DNA of 64,000 bases from Octopus vulgaris (GCA_951406725.2 OX597817.1:71300001-71364000), one strand, 5' to 3'. Shown: positions 12,751-26,342, numbered from the stretch's first letter. Notes: a model not told the origin generated them from the letters alone. Made by a program: numbers and translations.

Positions 12751-13059
12751 TAAATTTGTTACAATTGTTTCACTAGAGTTAATTTTTAAAAAATTCATTG
12801 TCGTTTTGTGTACATAAACTTTGCCAGAAGTGTTAGACCGTCAAACAAAGGCCTTACGATTTTCCCTCTCTTAGTGTTCTAATTTTAAATCCTGCCGTAG
12901 CCAACGACCAGCTTTCATCCGTCCAAGGGCTAAATAGCATACTTGTCGAATTCGGGGATACATTTTTCTTCTCTTCCTTTCATTCTTCCCGAATCTCCAC
13001 GAAAATTGTAACAGCAACGATAGTTACAAATAAAACGTGGGACATATACAATAAAGTGG

Positions 13060-13325
13060 ATATGTTTCTTTATTAGCCACACAGAGCTGCACACAGACGG
13101 GACAGATTACAAAGTAGAGCTTTTCTTCTTGGGGAGAAAAAAATGTGGGGTAGGTTTTCGATCAAAAGGGATCATAAAAGGGGAAAAGAAAAAACGATCA
13201 ATAGGGATCGTGTATCACAGAAATGTCATGATGTAAAGTGTAAAGAGGGAAGCAGATAAAGGTTTATCCGTGGAAAGAAAAGCGTACGGAAAAGACCGCG
13301 ATAACCTCGGTCAATAATGTCACAT
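13060..13325 (-). mobile_element. 3' UTR fragment of the Tx1-like LINE
   Basis: Reverse complement matches 3240-3480 (ccgtacgcttttctttccacggataa, gatcccttttgatcgaaa, ctgtgtggctaataaagaaac). Confidence 0.8.
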
Positions 13326-14151
13326 GTTAACACATTTGTTTTGCTATGTAGTCGAACGAAATATTTAGTCGATTAATTATTATATATGAATGTATGTTGT
13401 AAATCGTGAGATATACACTTACTAGTTGTATTTCAATTATTGTAATTAAATTACGAATTAAAACAGCCCTAGTGATGTAAATATTATTAGTTGCACATAT
13501 ATAGTCTGTTTGCTTTGTTTATAAGCTAAATTTGCCCCAGGAAAGCTTACTATAAGACGCTAAGTGTTAAAGAACATTTGGTCTGTGATATCCAGGTGTA
13601 TTCTCTAGACGCTATCCCGCAGCAAAATTGGCGTATAAACAAAACACATACACTATGTATGTGCGACCGTTAATGTTATTTTTATTATTTTCAGTTAACT
13701 AACTCTCTAATTAACTAATTATTTGTTTTGAGAAATCGTTTGATCAGTCAATCAGGTCGTTTGTAAGAGTTTTTCCCTCAAATCTTGCGACCTTATTAAT
13801 ACTTTGATCCGTGCTAATGTGCACCTTCTAATAATAATCACCTGATTATTATATCTTTGCTCCAGTATTTATAGTTTATAACGTTTGAATTGTGTGTGTG
13901 TGAATGTTTTTATAATGTTGTTGCACGTACTTTTATGCTTTAGTAATCAGTGTTTATGTGGTTCGTGATTAGGTTAGTGCTCGTGCGTGCGAGCTTTATT
14001 ACTTATGTCTACTTTTGATAAGTCACTATAATTTGATGTGTTGGTCTTGGATGGGGTTCTGACTGTTTGACAGTTACTTCCTGTTTCTTCTCAAATATTT
14101 ATCTTATCAACGAATATAAATTCATCGACACATTCACCCACGGGATTTAAT

Positions 14152-14348
14152 ATTGGTTTCAAATTTCGGCACAAGTTCAGCAAATTTGGGGTGGGTTAAC
14201 TAAATTACATTGACCCCAGTACTCAACTGGTATTTCTTTTATCGAATTTGAGAGGAATAAAAGTGGACCTCGGCAGCAGAACGTAAAGACGGGCGAAATA
14301 TCTCTAAGATTTATGCCCGGCATTCTAACGATCTTGCCAGCTTGCCAT
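14152..14348 (-). mobile_element. Meta-like SINE copy, degenerate
   Basis: ttggtttcaaatttcggcacaag...gaccccagtactcaactggta...ctaacgatcttgccagc. Confidence 0.75.
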
Positions 14349-14653
14349 TGGCAGGGCTTAATATTTTAAAAAAAGTAAAAGTATCGATAGATAGACATGA
14401 GAGCTGAAATCAGAGTTTAATTCTGTCCTCGCTACCCAATTCAGGCCAAGCGTACAGACTAAGAGGCGAAAGACTTGTAACTTAGACACTCGCTGTTGAT
14501 ACGGAAGGGTTGCAACATCGTGATGAATTCAGAAGAGCTTGTAATACTTCTGAGTAGCTACTGAGTTACTATATGACACAAAACATCCCTAATGTTTATT
14601 TCGCCTTAGCGTCTATGAACGTATTCAAAGAACGTAAAAAACATAATATAAAC

Positions 14654-15058
14654 ATCTAATATCTCTAAATATAAAGCTGAAGTTGTCTGTGTATGGCAGG
14701 TTTGGTAGCCTTCAACTAACATTATCTTCTTCGAGACCCCGCGGCGCAAGTTGATCATAATTGAGAGTATGATAGAAGAAGGCTTGCTCTTCCTTCGGTC
14801 GAAGAAAACCTTCAAATCGGACCATGTTAACACCAAAAATTATTTACATCAAAAAGGTGCTTTTTTCCTATGAAAATCCCTATTTTTTAACGATTTTTTG
14901 ACTGCTGTGTCGCCATTTTTCGGTGTATTTCAACCAAAAAAATGTTCACTTAAAGAGAATAACAAGCTACATAATGTAAAGTTTTTACTTTTCAAAAATT
15001 CCAATTCTAAAGGGTCGAAAAGAAAACAAACCCGAGCAACGCCGGGCGACACTGCTAG
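14654..15058 (+). mobile_element. Non-autonomous Helitron
   Basis: 5' A|TC..ctaaatataaagctgaagttgtctg; 3' hairpin cccgagcaacgccggg followed by CTAG|T. Confidence 0.8.
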
Positions 15059-15929
15059 TATATATGTAAATATATCATTGATAAACATAAAATATTTATG
15101 ACTAGGATCAACTGGTACTCCAGGCATTGTTGCTATATTATTCTTTCTTTTGAATATGTTTATAACCTCTAATATATATGTATAGCTTCTTTTACTTGTC
15201 TTAATGTTGATTCCTGAAGTTAGATTGAGATTTTATCCTCATGTTGTTGTAAGGCACGAAATAAAGTTGCTCTTACCCCGAGTTGCAATCAGCGACAATC
15301 CCTCCAAGCGTTGGATCACGGGAAGACCAGCCAGAACTCACAGTTGTAACCACGTGTAAGCTCTCCCAACCAATCGCCAGCAAGGACTACTAAACTATGA
15401 TCGCTTCCAGTACACGACTTGACCTCACCACAGACCCTATAAGAAGGCCGTCTTCAACCTCTTGCTTTCTTACGTGATGCCGTGTCGTCCCACTTTCAGC
15501 CCCTTCGTGATGTCCCTCCCATTCCTTTCTGGTCACTCATTCTTCCTCCACACCTCAATATTGTTTACCGAACACTCGTATAACTTTCAGGCACTCGTAT
15601 AACTTTCATGATTATTTTTCCATGAGACTTATCCCTGAGAAGTAACCATGAAACAAGATCAGGGTAATCTTCATTTTCTCAATGCAAGAACAACTATTTT
15701 TTATTTTATCTTACTTTCATAATTGTTATAAATGTATATATTTTTGCACAATTTTTATATATGGATGCATTACTTGTATTTACATAGTCATAGCGCGCAC
15801 ACACATACATGCACTCACATATATATTATTGCTGTCAAAAGAAGTTTAGAAACTTTGAGAGAACGTGGAATAATTCGTTTTTGACGATTAAATCCGAATC
15901 TGAAAAGCTATAAATAATATATACGCGTA

Positions 15930-15933
<4 letters not shown>

Positions 15934-16015
<82 letters not shown>

Positions 16016-16031
16016 TGTGTGTGTTTGTGTT

Positions 16032-16083
<52 letters not shown>
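15934..16083. repeat. (GT)n microsatellite; also at 12073-12128, 53713-53842, 57248-57308
   Basis: Direct reading. Confidence 0.97.
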
Positions 16084-17908
16084 TATATGTGCATCTGGGA
16101 TACATAGTTCACACAAGAAAGATATGCAGGTCTCCTTAGTTTATTTAAATATGTATCAGAGTCTAGAAAACATTGTCAAATATATCACAGGCTTCGTTAG
16201 AATGCACTCTTATGCTTAACATTTTCATGATAGACTGTGGTAAAGCAACACGAAGCTGTATCATGATTATTTTCCCATAATACACTAGATGGAAATTATT
16301 ATTTCTGCGATAGCCATCTCGTTACATCTCTATTTCCGATTTAGGTCTGGCCATTTCTCATCCAAAAGATGACTATCATCAGATCTATACGATGTCCTAC
16401 GACACCCAAATGATTGCTATTTTGTTATCTGGCCATAAGATGGCATTTCAAGATATATATGACCGAGACACTTAACTATTTGTCCCCAATCTTTCCTTTG
16501 GACTGAAATTATGTACTACAAAGTTTAAAAGGAATAGCTCACCGTTGAAAGCAGTGGAATGTCTAATAAAGGGAGAAGATCATTAGTTTGTTATCAGTTT
16601 AGTTTCTGTTTGGATAAAGCAACGGAAAACCGACACAAAAGCATTGCCATTTTGAATCATTTTACAACGAAGACGTTCCACATCACATGGACGTCTCCTC
16701 TCTCTCTGTCCTTTCGGCCGTTACTACGGCAGCGGTTTCTACTTCTTTGTTGCTCTGATGTCCCTGACCCTTACATTCAGAGTCATGCTCAGCTTTTTCA
16801 TCTCCCTTTCATCAAACTGTATTGTCTCTACTTCACTTCCCGTCGCCTAGTTTCATGCAAATGCCTTGTCCTTCTCTTCAGAATGTTATTCCATTCGAAT
16901 CCTCTCTCTGTCCATGCTTTTCCTTCAATCCACAATTTGAAACACTTCAAGAACAACGAAAACCATGTTGTTTGCACCACCCTCCAAGATTCTGCAAACA
17001 CTATGAGCACATAGTCTTCCTTCAGGCCAGACCATCATTAGTATTGCAATAATATTACAGGAAGAATCATTCCAATCCCATTCCATTCGTATTTTCATTC
17101 CTAACAAACTTGATGATCCCACAAAGTCAATGGGTTTGTCAAAAATGATTTGATAACAGCATTCAGTGCAGGGCGTACAACTTCGGAAGTGATCGGAATT
17201 GGCCAGTTTACAAATCTTGTTTTGTGCATCAGTAAATCCGTTTGAAAAATCAATGTTCGCAAGACGGAAAGAAATTGCTAAACTGAAAGAAAAAATATTA
17301 AAAAAATTCCAGACGATCAACTACCAAATTGAACAAAAAAATGAAAAATAAATGAGAGAGAGAGAGGGGGGGGGGATAATGAAAGAGAAAAAGAAATACA
17401 TTTCTTTCTGTGAAGGTCGAAATAATCTGGAATCTAATTTTATCACTGATTGCTTTAAATTACATGGAAAATTTACTTTCAGGAAAAAAAATGCAAAACA
17501 AATGTTTTGTCAATTAATCAATTGTGGATTGACGTGCTAACACTCTACACACGTATAAGCATGTATGTCTATGTATATAGATATATGTATGTATAAATGT
17601 ATATATAAATGTCGAACACATACACAGACATGTATGTATGTATGAATGTTTGTGTATCTGTATGTGTGTGTATAATTTACTTCAGAGAAAGATCTCTCGT
17701 CACACGTACATATAATATATATAGATAGATGTATATATGCATACACATATATAAACATGCATATACATAAATGTGTAAGTATATACATATATGTATCTGT
17801 GTGTGTGTCTATATGATTGTGCATATTCATATAAGTATACATATGTGTGTGTGTGTGTGTGTGTGTGTTGCGTACACACATATAAGCATGTATATTTATG
17901 TATATCGA

Positions 17909-17960
<52 letters not shown>

Positions 17961-18234
17961 AAACACATACACACACATATATGTTGCACATTATACATAT
18001 ATGTATGCACGTATGAAAGTGTGTGTGTGTATAATTCACTTCAGAGAAAGTAGATAATTTGTAATTCCTGATTATGTAAAAAAAAAAAAATAATAATAAC
18101 TGCAATTACAATTACATCAATAAAACGAATTACAAAAAATATCAAAATTCTATATACATAATATATATATATGCACATACATGCATGCATACATATACAT
18201 ATACATACATATATATATACATACATACATACAT

Positions 18235-18299
<65 letters not shown>

Positions 18300-19434
18300 A
18301 AAATAAAACTACACAATTTCCTATTGCTATAATGGTGATTTATTTTGTGTAATGGTAACGAAAATATTATTTTTGTAACAGAATGAATAAAAACGTGTAA
18401 AGCATGTAAACTGTTAGTGTTCGTTAACTAATGGTGGTTAAAATGACTGCGTAGTAGTATTATGAAGACAGGTTATTGTTCGGTTAGAACCAAGCGACAC
18501 GGTAATTTATATGGGTGAATTATTGTCTGGTGAGTCAAATATTGTATTTGGTTAGTGTTTTGTAAGTTTTTCTCATATATTTTATATTTCTTGTTTATTC
18601 TTAAAAGTTATTGTATTCATTTGATTGTTTTCTTTCACCTTTCTGTGTTTTTTTTTTTAATGTTTTGGTTTCGTTTTGGTATTCTCCTCTCGAAATGGTG
18701 TCGACAATTTTGAATGCAGAAGATAAAGGCGAATGAAAGTTAAAATATTGGAGATGATCTTGTCCCAACACGTGGTGTCACTGAAGACGGCGTGTGTGTG
18801 TGTGTGTGTACGGGCGCGTGCGTGTGTGTTTCCCTATTACATTTTTGTAGATATCTTCATGTAATAGGTACTGAGTCATACACACACACACACACATACT
18901 GTCTTCCGTGACACCACGGAATGGGACAACATCATCTCCAATATTTCATCTTTCATTTGCCTTTATTGTCATATATATATATAGATAGTATGTGTAAGTA
19001 TGTATTATGTATCCATAATATCCGTAACCATTCCCGCACCATTGTTTCACACTGGTATGTGATAATTTGGATACAGCAGTCTCCTTCAGTATACTGTATC
19101 GTTATTACTGAAGATATAGTTGAGTATCACATTTGATGTAATAAATTTACCGATGCTCTGAATGTTATTCCTAAAAGACAGAGCAAAACTGTTATACGTT
19201 TGTAAGCTGACATTAATTCTGGCTTTTGGTTCTTTATCGTTTAAAAGGTGGTATGCGACTTCTCAGCTAAACATAAAATGCACGGTATTGGACAGTTATT
19301 TTAAAGAATGGCTCAGCTTAAAATTACTATGTAATTTCGATAGAGCCACTCAATTTTATTTTGCCAAATTCGCTTCGAGAATGATGTAGCGTTATTTTGT
19401 TCACATACACACATACACACATACACACACACAC

Positions 19435-19508
<74 letters not shown>

Positions 19509-20092
19509 ATGTATGTATGTATGTATGTATGTATGTATGTATGTATGTATGTATGGTGTGTGCTTGTAATAATAATTATGAACATGCTATTTTACAAAAG
19601 ATAACAACTCTTCAAATAACAAAGAACAATATAACACATGTACAAAAAAGAATTATCCATATTCTCGCTGGAATTTTGCCAATTCAATAGTCTCTGCTTA
19701 CAGACTTTATTATTTTTTCTCACAGAAGCACAGAAACAATTCTAAATTCTTCTAATACATCTTTAAATTGAAACATTTTACAATGCATTACGTTATTTAG
19801 ACAATCTACTATATATTTGTTTATTTATCTATTGATGTATTAAATTTATTTATTATTTGGTTAGTGCGTTGTTTTACTTCATAATTTTTTGCTCAATTAT
19901 TCATTTATTTATTCAGTTATTTAATTATATATTCATATATTCTTTTATATATTTATTCTGTCATTCTATCGTACATGTGTGTGTGTTTGTGTGTCTGTAC
20001 GTGTGTATGCGTGTATATCTATGCGTGTATTTGCATGTGTGCATATGTATGCGTGCGTATGTTGTGTTTGTATATGTATGCATGTATACCTC

Positions 20093-20125
<33 letters not shown>

Positions 20126-20245
20126 TCCAATCATTTACTTGCATATTTGTGTTTAGTTTTCCCTCTAAATTGTGGTTGATTATAATTATTGAATTGAATA
20201 CAAAGAAAATAGCTTTGTTGATTCTTTTTCTTCTTCTACTGCATT

Positions 20246-20314
20246 TTCTTCTTCTTCTTCTTCTTCTTCTTCTTCTTCTTCTTCTTCTTCTTCTTCTTCT
20301 TCTTCTTCTTCTTC
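20246..20314. repeat. (CTT)n microsatellite; also at 43332-43430
   Basis: Direct reading. Confidence 0.95.
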
Positions 20315-21504
20315 TCTTTATAGTTGTTTACATTTCCCTTTTTTAAAAATACTATTATGTTTTTTTTTGTCTTACCCTTTGTAGATAAATGGTTTCGTGG
20401 AGATGTTGATAGTGATGGTGGTGATAGAAAATTGTCTGGGAGAGGATATATTGGTGTATATATGTGTATGCATACATATATACGTGTGTGTGTATGTGTG
20501 CGTGCGGTACGTGCGTGTGTGTGCATGTGTCGATGTTTTTGTGTTTGCGTTTGTGTTCAGTGTAAGTGCAAAATGAATAATACAATTCTTGATAGAAGCG
20601 TAACAAGTTATTTGTGAAAATTACAGGCAGAAACGAACGAATTATGTTAATCTCTCCTCTTTTCCTCCTTTTCTGCCCGTCCTCCTCGTACTCTACCACC
20701 ATCACAACCACAACCACCGGCACCAATACTGTTACTGCCACCACCACCATCACCACCACAACCATCACTACTGCGTTGTTGTTCTTATATGTGTCGTGGG
20801 TGTTATCCTGTCGATCAATTAGTGTTTGCCAGCGACGTTTTGAATGAGATTCAATTCATTATCATTGTTAAACTTTCGTATTTTAGGGGTCGATTCGTTT
20901 GCTTTTCATGACCTAGTCTTCATCCTCTTTGACAAATGCTCCATCTTTTGAGACTTGTAACTTCTCTATCTTTCGAGAGATCTGATTTGTGCTCACAGGC
21001 GTTTCTTTCAGCCCTTATTGTTTGCCGAAAAGATATATTCAAAACATATCTCTTGCACACCTGTAGTAGGTATTAATTGTTGTTGACGTCGTCCTCGCCA
21101 TTTGTTGCTGTTATTGTTGTTTGTATTACTTAGCTGCTAACCACCGGTACATGTGATAATGTTGCAGCTGGGGCAGGGGTGGCGGTACTGTAGGGTACTC
21201 CACTCCCACTCTCTTCACTGTCGGTCAGAACGCCTTAAGGTGACTTAGTTCTTTCACAAATCATACGCTTAAGGTTTCCACTGTCTGCAACCAGCCGCAT
21301 CTATTAGCATTCTCCTAAATAAAAATAGTCTTGGATGACAAGAATAACTTTTGGAATAACTAAAATCTGAAATTCCATTGTTGTTCTCAATTAATACGAT
21401 TGAAGAATAGACATGGGTTTCATAATTGATCCGTGCTCCACTACTATTGTCATTTTCTTGACTTTGTTTCTGATATGCGGCACATTGGTGACCCTGATTT
21501 TCAT

Positions 21505-21537
<33 letters not shown>

Positions 21538-21539
21538 TT

Positions 21540-21760
21540 GGAATTTACGAAAAAAAAAAAGAACACAAGACGAAGACAGGTGCGTAAACAACAAACAGGT
21601 GTATTAGTTTAACGCTCGGGAAGATGAGAAAATCTTTTACGTTTCGAGCCTAAGCTCTTCAACAGAAATGAACATGAGAAAATAAACAGAAAGATAATAA
21701 AAAAAGTTTTAGTGGCTAGCGGCCGATCATAGCGATGGCTGGACAGAGGTGGTCAGACAT
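21540..21760 (-). mobile_element. Short PLE-like pLTR relic containing a minimal hammerhead motif (21633-21670)
   Basis: Reverse complement reads ttt-CTGTTGA-A-GAGC-ttag-GCTC-GAAA-cg-TA-aaa. The downstream ctaataca..tgtttgttgttt..cacctgtcttcgtctt is shared with 36900-36975. Confidence 0.6.
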
Positions 21761-21824
21761 ATGTATGTATGTATGTATGTATGTATGTTACAGAAAATAA
21801 ACTAAATTTCGAACGCTGGATAGT

Positions 21825-21996
21825 TGTGAAAACGGCCTAGAAAATTGGTTAAATACTCCAGAAGACGGAAAAAATTTCCAGCAGGCTGCTCAACCGGTAT
21901 CTGAACGGTTCAGGGTTCGGTTCTCTGTAGCTGCCTGCTGGCAACTTTTTTCCGCCTTCCAGGGGTATATACCCAATTTTCTTGACTGTTTTCACA
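21825..21996. repeat. Imperfect foldback of about 170 bp centred on ctgaac-g-gttcag
   Basis: tgtgaaaacggcctagaaaattggtt...ccagcaggc pairs with gcctgctgg...cccaattttcttgactgttttcaca. Confidence 0.8.
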
Positions 21997-23789
21997 GTCA
22001 TTATTTACATTATTTACATTATTTACATTTGATGGATATTTGTCATCTTGTTTCAATCTGTATTATATAAATTTACGAAGGGTATATCCAAGAACAGAAT
22101 AAAATAAATGATTTAGTGTGTTTTTATATTGTGACATCATAATTTACACGATCTTTACACGTGTTTCACTATCGAAAACGTGTATGTCGTGCTGTAATCG
22201 TCATGTAGACGATTGCATAATCACGCTGAAACGTTAGATTTTCAGAAGAATGTAGTAATTTAACCATTGTTATGTACCAACCTCTGTTTGTAGGTAGCTC
22301 TAAATGAGACATGCGTGTAAGTTTTGGAGAACGTTCTATATGTATAGCCGTCAAGAAAGAAAGGTTATGTTATCAAAAAGATAAATATAGAAAGAAAGAT
22401 GGAAAGATAATAACTGTGATCAGGCTGTCTACGGCAAAAAGGAAAATCAGCGCTTAAACTATCTTAGATCAAAGAAAATTTCAAGTTGGTAATACAATTG
22501 TCTATCTAACGATTACCACACATCGCACTAGTATATGTTAGTGAAATACGTATAAAAATTGTGTAATTTATGATATTATAAAAAAAATGCTAAACTTAAT
22601 TCTTCTCTTTTATTGTACTTTGAGACTTGTATGTTCTGTAGAAATTTTTAGGGCTTGCTCACTGTTGCAGATGGTTGTTACCATTTTGTAACGTTTACCT
22701 CACGATATGCAGATTTCTGCGGGCCAAAATTTTACGAAGAAAATCTCGATTTTAGCTGGAAATGGTTCCTGCAAATTTGTCTGCGATCTACTCACCAGAA
22801 AAGAATGGTTTCTTTTTCTTTTTCTTCTTTTTAATGTCTGTTACTTCTTCGGCAGCGAGCGACACCACTCTGGAGCGAACATTATCGTTCTTCTATTTTT
22901 TAAACCACTTCTGTTTGACCTTGATGTATGTTTGTTGATGATTGGTTTGTGGAGTGGACAAAATATACTCCATATAGTTTTATAGTTTTCACTATTGATA
23001 TTTTCCTTGTGAGTGTTGTTCCTTGTTATTGCTCTTTTTTATGGTTTCCATTGTTGTTGTTGTTGTTGTTGTTGCACTTGTTGCTGATCTTGCTGTTACT
23101 GCCGTTATATTACTACGATTTCTCTCGTTAATCTATAGTGACGTCAATGTATTGTAGCAGTAGATAATGGCATAGCAATGACGTCAAAATCGTTGTCGTC
23201 ATTGCGACCATACCGCTGTTTGTTCTCAATTCGAAAAATTCAACACATTATTCCTCTTCCCCTTCGGATACAAATACTATAGAAGATTTTTGTCATACAC
23301 TTTATTTTATTGAAAAAAGAAAATATCAGTTTCTTTTCCTTATTTTTTTAATTGCAATTTTATTGGATAGAATCACCAACCTATGAAATATTTTATAAAA
23401 GAAAACAAAAACTGCGCCTTATTAATGTGCATCAGCTTCTCGATAAAGTTATTAAGGGAAGACAAAATAACACTAAAATTCTCACTTTTCGGTCAAAAAT
23501 AACAAAACAAGTAAAGCTTATAAAAACACATTCCCGTGCTACTCAGAGAAAATAATAATAATAATATTTTCTCCTATAGGCACAAGGCTTGAAATTGCAT
23601 GAACTCCAGTGCGTAACTGCTACTTATTTCATCAACTCCAAAGTCGACCTCGGCGGAATTTGAATTCAGAACGTATACACGGGCGAAATACTGCTAAGCA
23701 TATTACCCGACGCACTGGCTATTCTGCTACCGTTTGTTTATTAACCATTAAGGGTTTACAAAAAGAAAAAAAAAAGATGCAGGACGCCC

Positions 23790-24209
23790 GGATCTTTTCG
23801 GTTTGAACGGCAGTTTTTAGCATAATTTCTAGGTAACTAAAAAATTTAAAACTTCGTATACTGGTAGAATGTGTTTATAAAACATCTTTTTATCTTGGCT
23901 TTATTGAGAAAATTCTATAGTTTGTTAGATATTTGTTGTTTTTTTTTTTCCTTGAATTTCTGCAATTTCAACCAATCAATGACGTCCATTGAGGTAAACA
24001 AAATTCTGTGCCGTATGAATATGTCCCTCGTTTAAGAAACAGATTGGATTTATTTACATTTGTGAAGAAAAAAAGATACCCTTCCACCACCCCTAACCCT
24101 AACCCTAAAACTGATTGAAATACAATAGATCGATACTAGGGTCATAATTATGGGTGACAATTTCATATGACACCGCTAGAAAAAACTGCCGTTCAAACCG
24201 AAAAGATCC
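23790..24209. mobile_element. Merlin-type MITE with 29-bp perfect TIRs and an 8-bp TSD
   Basis: TIR ggatcttttcggtttgaacggcagttttt at both ends; flanks ggacgccc / ggtcgccc (7 of 8 identical). GG termini with an 8-bp TSD are Merlin hallmarks. Contains an internal (CCCTAA)3. Confidence 0.8.
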
Positions 24210-24403
24210 GGTCGCCCAAACAGAAATAGTTGTTAAAATAAAATTCTAACAATAAATAATTCCCCAAAAGAGGGAGACTTCTGAGGACTAACCGTAGAAA
24301 TCATACAAAACCATGACGCATTTGACCTTTGTCGTTTTTTCAATCCATAGGTGCATACTTTGTGTAGGCCTACTCATTCGCACTATGCTTGCGGCCGTCA
24401 TCC

Positions 24404-24450
<47 letters not shown>

Positions 24451-24451
<1 letters not shown>

Positions 24452-24657
24452 GTCTTGAGAAGAGCATTGTCGATGTGAGAACTGTTGCTGCTCATGTATT
24501 TTAATTTAACTTAAAAAAAAAAAAAAAATTTTTTTAAATGAACGAACTATTGAGTTTGGTTTAATGGCCTACCAATGTATACTATGAGTTTCTTTGCCCT
24601 AGGAGTCGGGAAGACACTCGGCAAGAAATGGAAGCAAATTTGAAAGAAAAAAAAAAA
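24451..24657 (+). mobile_element. 3' end of a probable RLE-type (R4/Dong-like) LINE embedded in (TAA)n
   Basis: Starts with codons VLRRALSM*, resembling the C-terminal xLRxxL end of RLE LINE ORFs. A short UTR and A-tail follow, with (TAA)n on both sides. Confidence 0.5.
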
Positions 24658-24680
24658 TAATAATAATAATAATAATAATA

Positions 24681-25266
24681 GTTTCTACTAAAGGCACTAG
24701 GCCTGAAATTGTGGAGCAGGGGACTAGTCACTTACATCGACCTCAGTGCATAACAGGTACCTATTTCATTGTCCACGAAAAAAATCAAAGACAAAGTCGA
24801 CCGTAGCGGAATTTGAACTCAGAACATAAAGTCTGACGAATTGCCTCTAAGCATTTTACCCTGCGTACTAACGATTCAGCCAGCTCGCCGCCGCCTTCCA
24901 TAACGCCTTCCACTTTGCCTTTCGATCCCAAAAGGATGAAAGGCAAAGTCGACCTCGGCGGAATTTGAACTCTGAACGTAGCGACAGACGAAATACCGCT
25001 AAACATTGTGCTAACGATTCTCTCAGCTCGCCGCCTTTCATATTAATAATAATCTTATTTACTCTAGGCACAAGGGCCGAAATTTTGGGGGAGGGGGCCA
25101 GTCGATTAGATTGACCCCAGTATGCAACTGGTACGTAATTTATCGATCCCGAAAGGATGGAAGGCAAAGTCGACCTCGGCCTAATTTGAACTCAGAAGGT
25201 AGCGACGGGCGAAATACCGCTGAGCGTTTTGTGCAGCATGCTAGCAATTCTGCCAGTTCACCGCCT
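24681..25266 (-). mobile_element. Cluster of three Meta-like SINE copies (24681-24895, 24922-25035, 25052-25266)
   Basis: Three repeats of caaagtcgacc..aatttgaactc...gattc.gccagctcgccgcc. Confidence 0.88.
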
Positions 25267-25269
25267 TCC

Positions 25270-25312
<43 letters not shown>

Positions 25313-25339
25313 ATAATAATGAATAATAATAATAATTAA

Positions 25340-25735
25340 TTCTGGTTTATTGGCCACAAGGGCTAACATAAATCAAAGAAAACATGTAAGGACAAATACA
25401 GGACGAAAATTACAAAGGGTTTTGTCCGAAAGAAAGGTCCGTGTAAACATTTAAAATAACAACGAAAAAATAACAAATAAAACTCCTAATAGGGGGAGGC
25501 GCTTCGAAAGGTTACTCGTGGAAAAAACCATAAAAGCCGCGGGAGCCTAGTCAAAAGGGTGTAGAGAGCCCCTTCTCCTTTTATATTACCTTTTTTTTTT
25601 ACAGAATTGGTCCGTTCATACTGGCCATTTTACCGACATTCACCCACCTTTCAATAAATTTGCTACGAGACAGCACTTCCCTCTCTACTCTCACCTTCCT
25701 TTTCAAGTTGAATTTGAAAAAGTTGATGAGGTCTT
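25340..25735 (-). mobile_element. Tx1-like LINE 3' fragment (ORF2 end plus 3' UTR)
   Basis: Reverse complement encodes LKRKVRVEREVLSRSKFIERW...IL*, then cccgcggcttttatgg..tttccacgagtaacc and ends agcccttgtggccaataaa, as at 3440-3460. Confidence 0.65.
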
Positions 25736-25769
25736 GGCCAATAATAATAATAACAACAACAACAACAAC

Positions 25770-26291
25770 AGATGCAGTACCAGTTATTGGCTGTCATGGC
25801 TTCTGATCTTAACTGATTGAACGTGTTATCATGTACTTCTTGGTATAAAAGATGGGGTATAGCAAATATTCTGCTCAATACCACAGATTTGTTTGTCAGT
25901 TGTTTGACCTTTAGCAGTTGAGCATGTCCCTTAGTGGCTGACGACATGTGCATCACTGATCACGAGCGGTAGTATTGGGGGAGCATCATAGCCATGAGGA
26001 ATTCTGTGGGGTTTTGAATAATTCACCTCTGGAAGCATGGGTGCCTCGTTCAACATCCTTAAACAAACTTTTGAGCGGGGTGGTCTACTCGAACTGAAGA
26101 AAATTCTAACTGGGCCCCACCTTCAAGGTCATGCATTGTTTATCTTGATATGAGATCACCATGTCGCGCACATATGGTTGTGATGCATGTGCCTGGTGTA
26201 TCCTTTTCAGACGGGTAGTCATGATGGGTATACTGGGCTTCGTATATTTTACCCTAGTGTCACTTTAATGGCATGCACTGCTCTCTCACTC
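25770..26291 (+). mobile_element. Probable LINE 3' UTR fragment between (TAA/CAA)n and (AAT)n, possibly R4/Dong-like
   Basis: A complex, GC-richer block that ends abruptly in (AAT)n with trinucleotide repeats on both sides. The family assignment is inference. Confidence 0.4.

Positions 26292-26342
<51 letters not shown>

Noticed and set aside
24091-24108. Telomere or interstitial telomeric fusion site
   Set aside because: Only three units, and they are internal to a TIR element.
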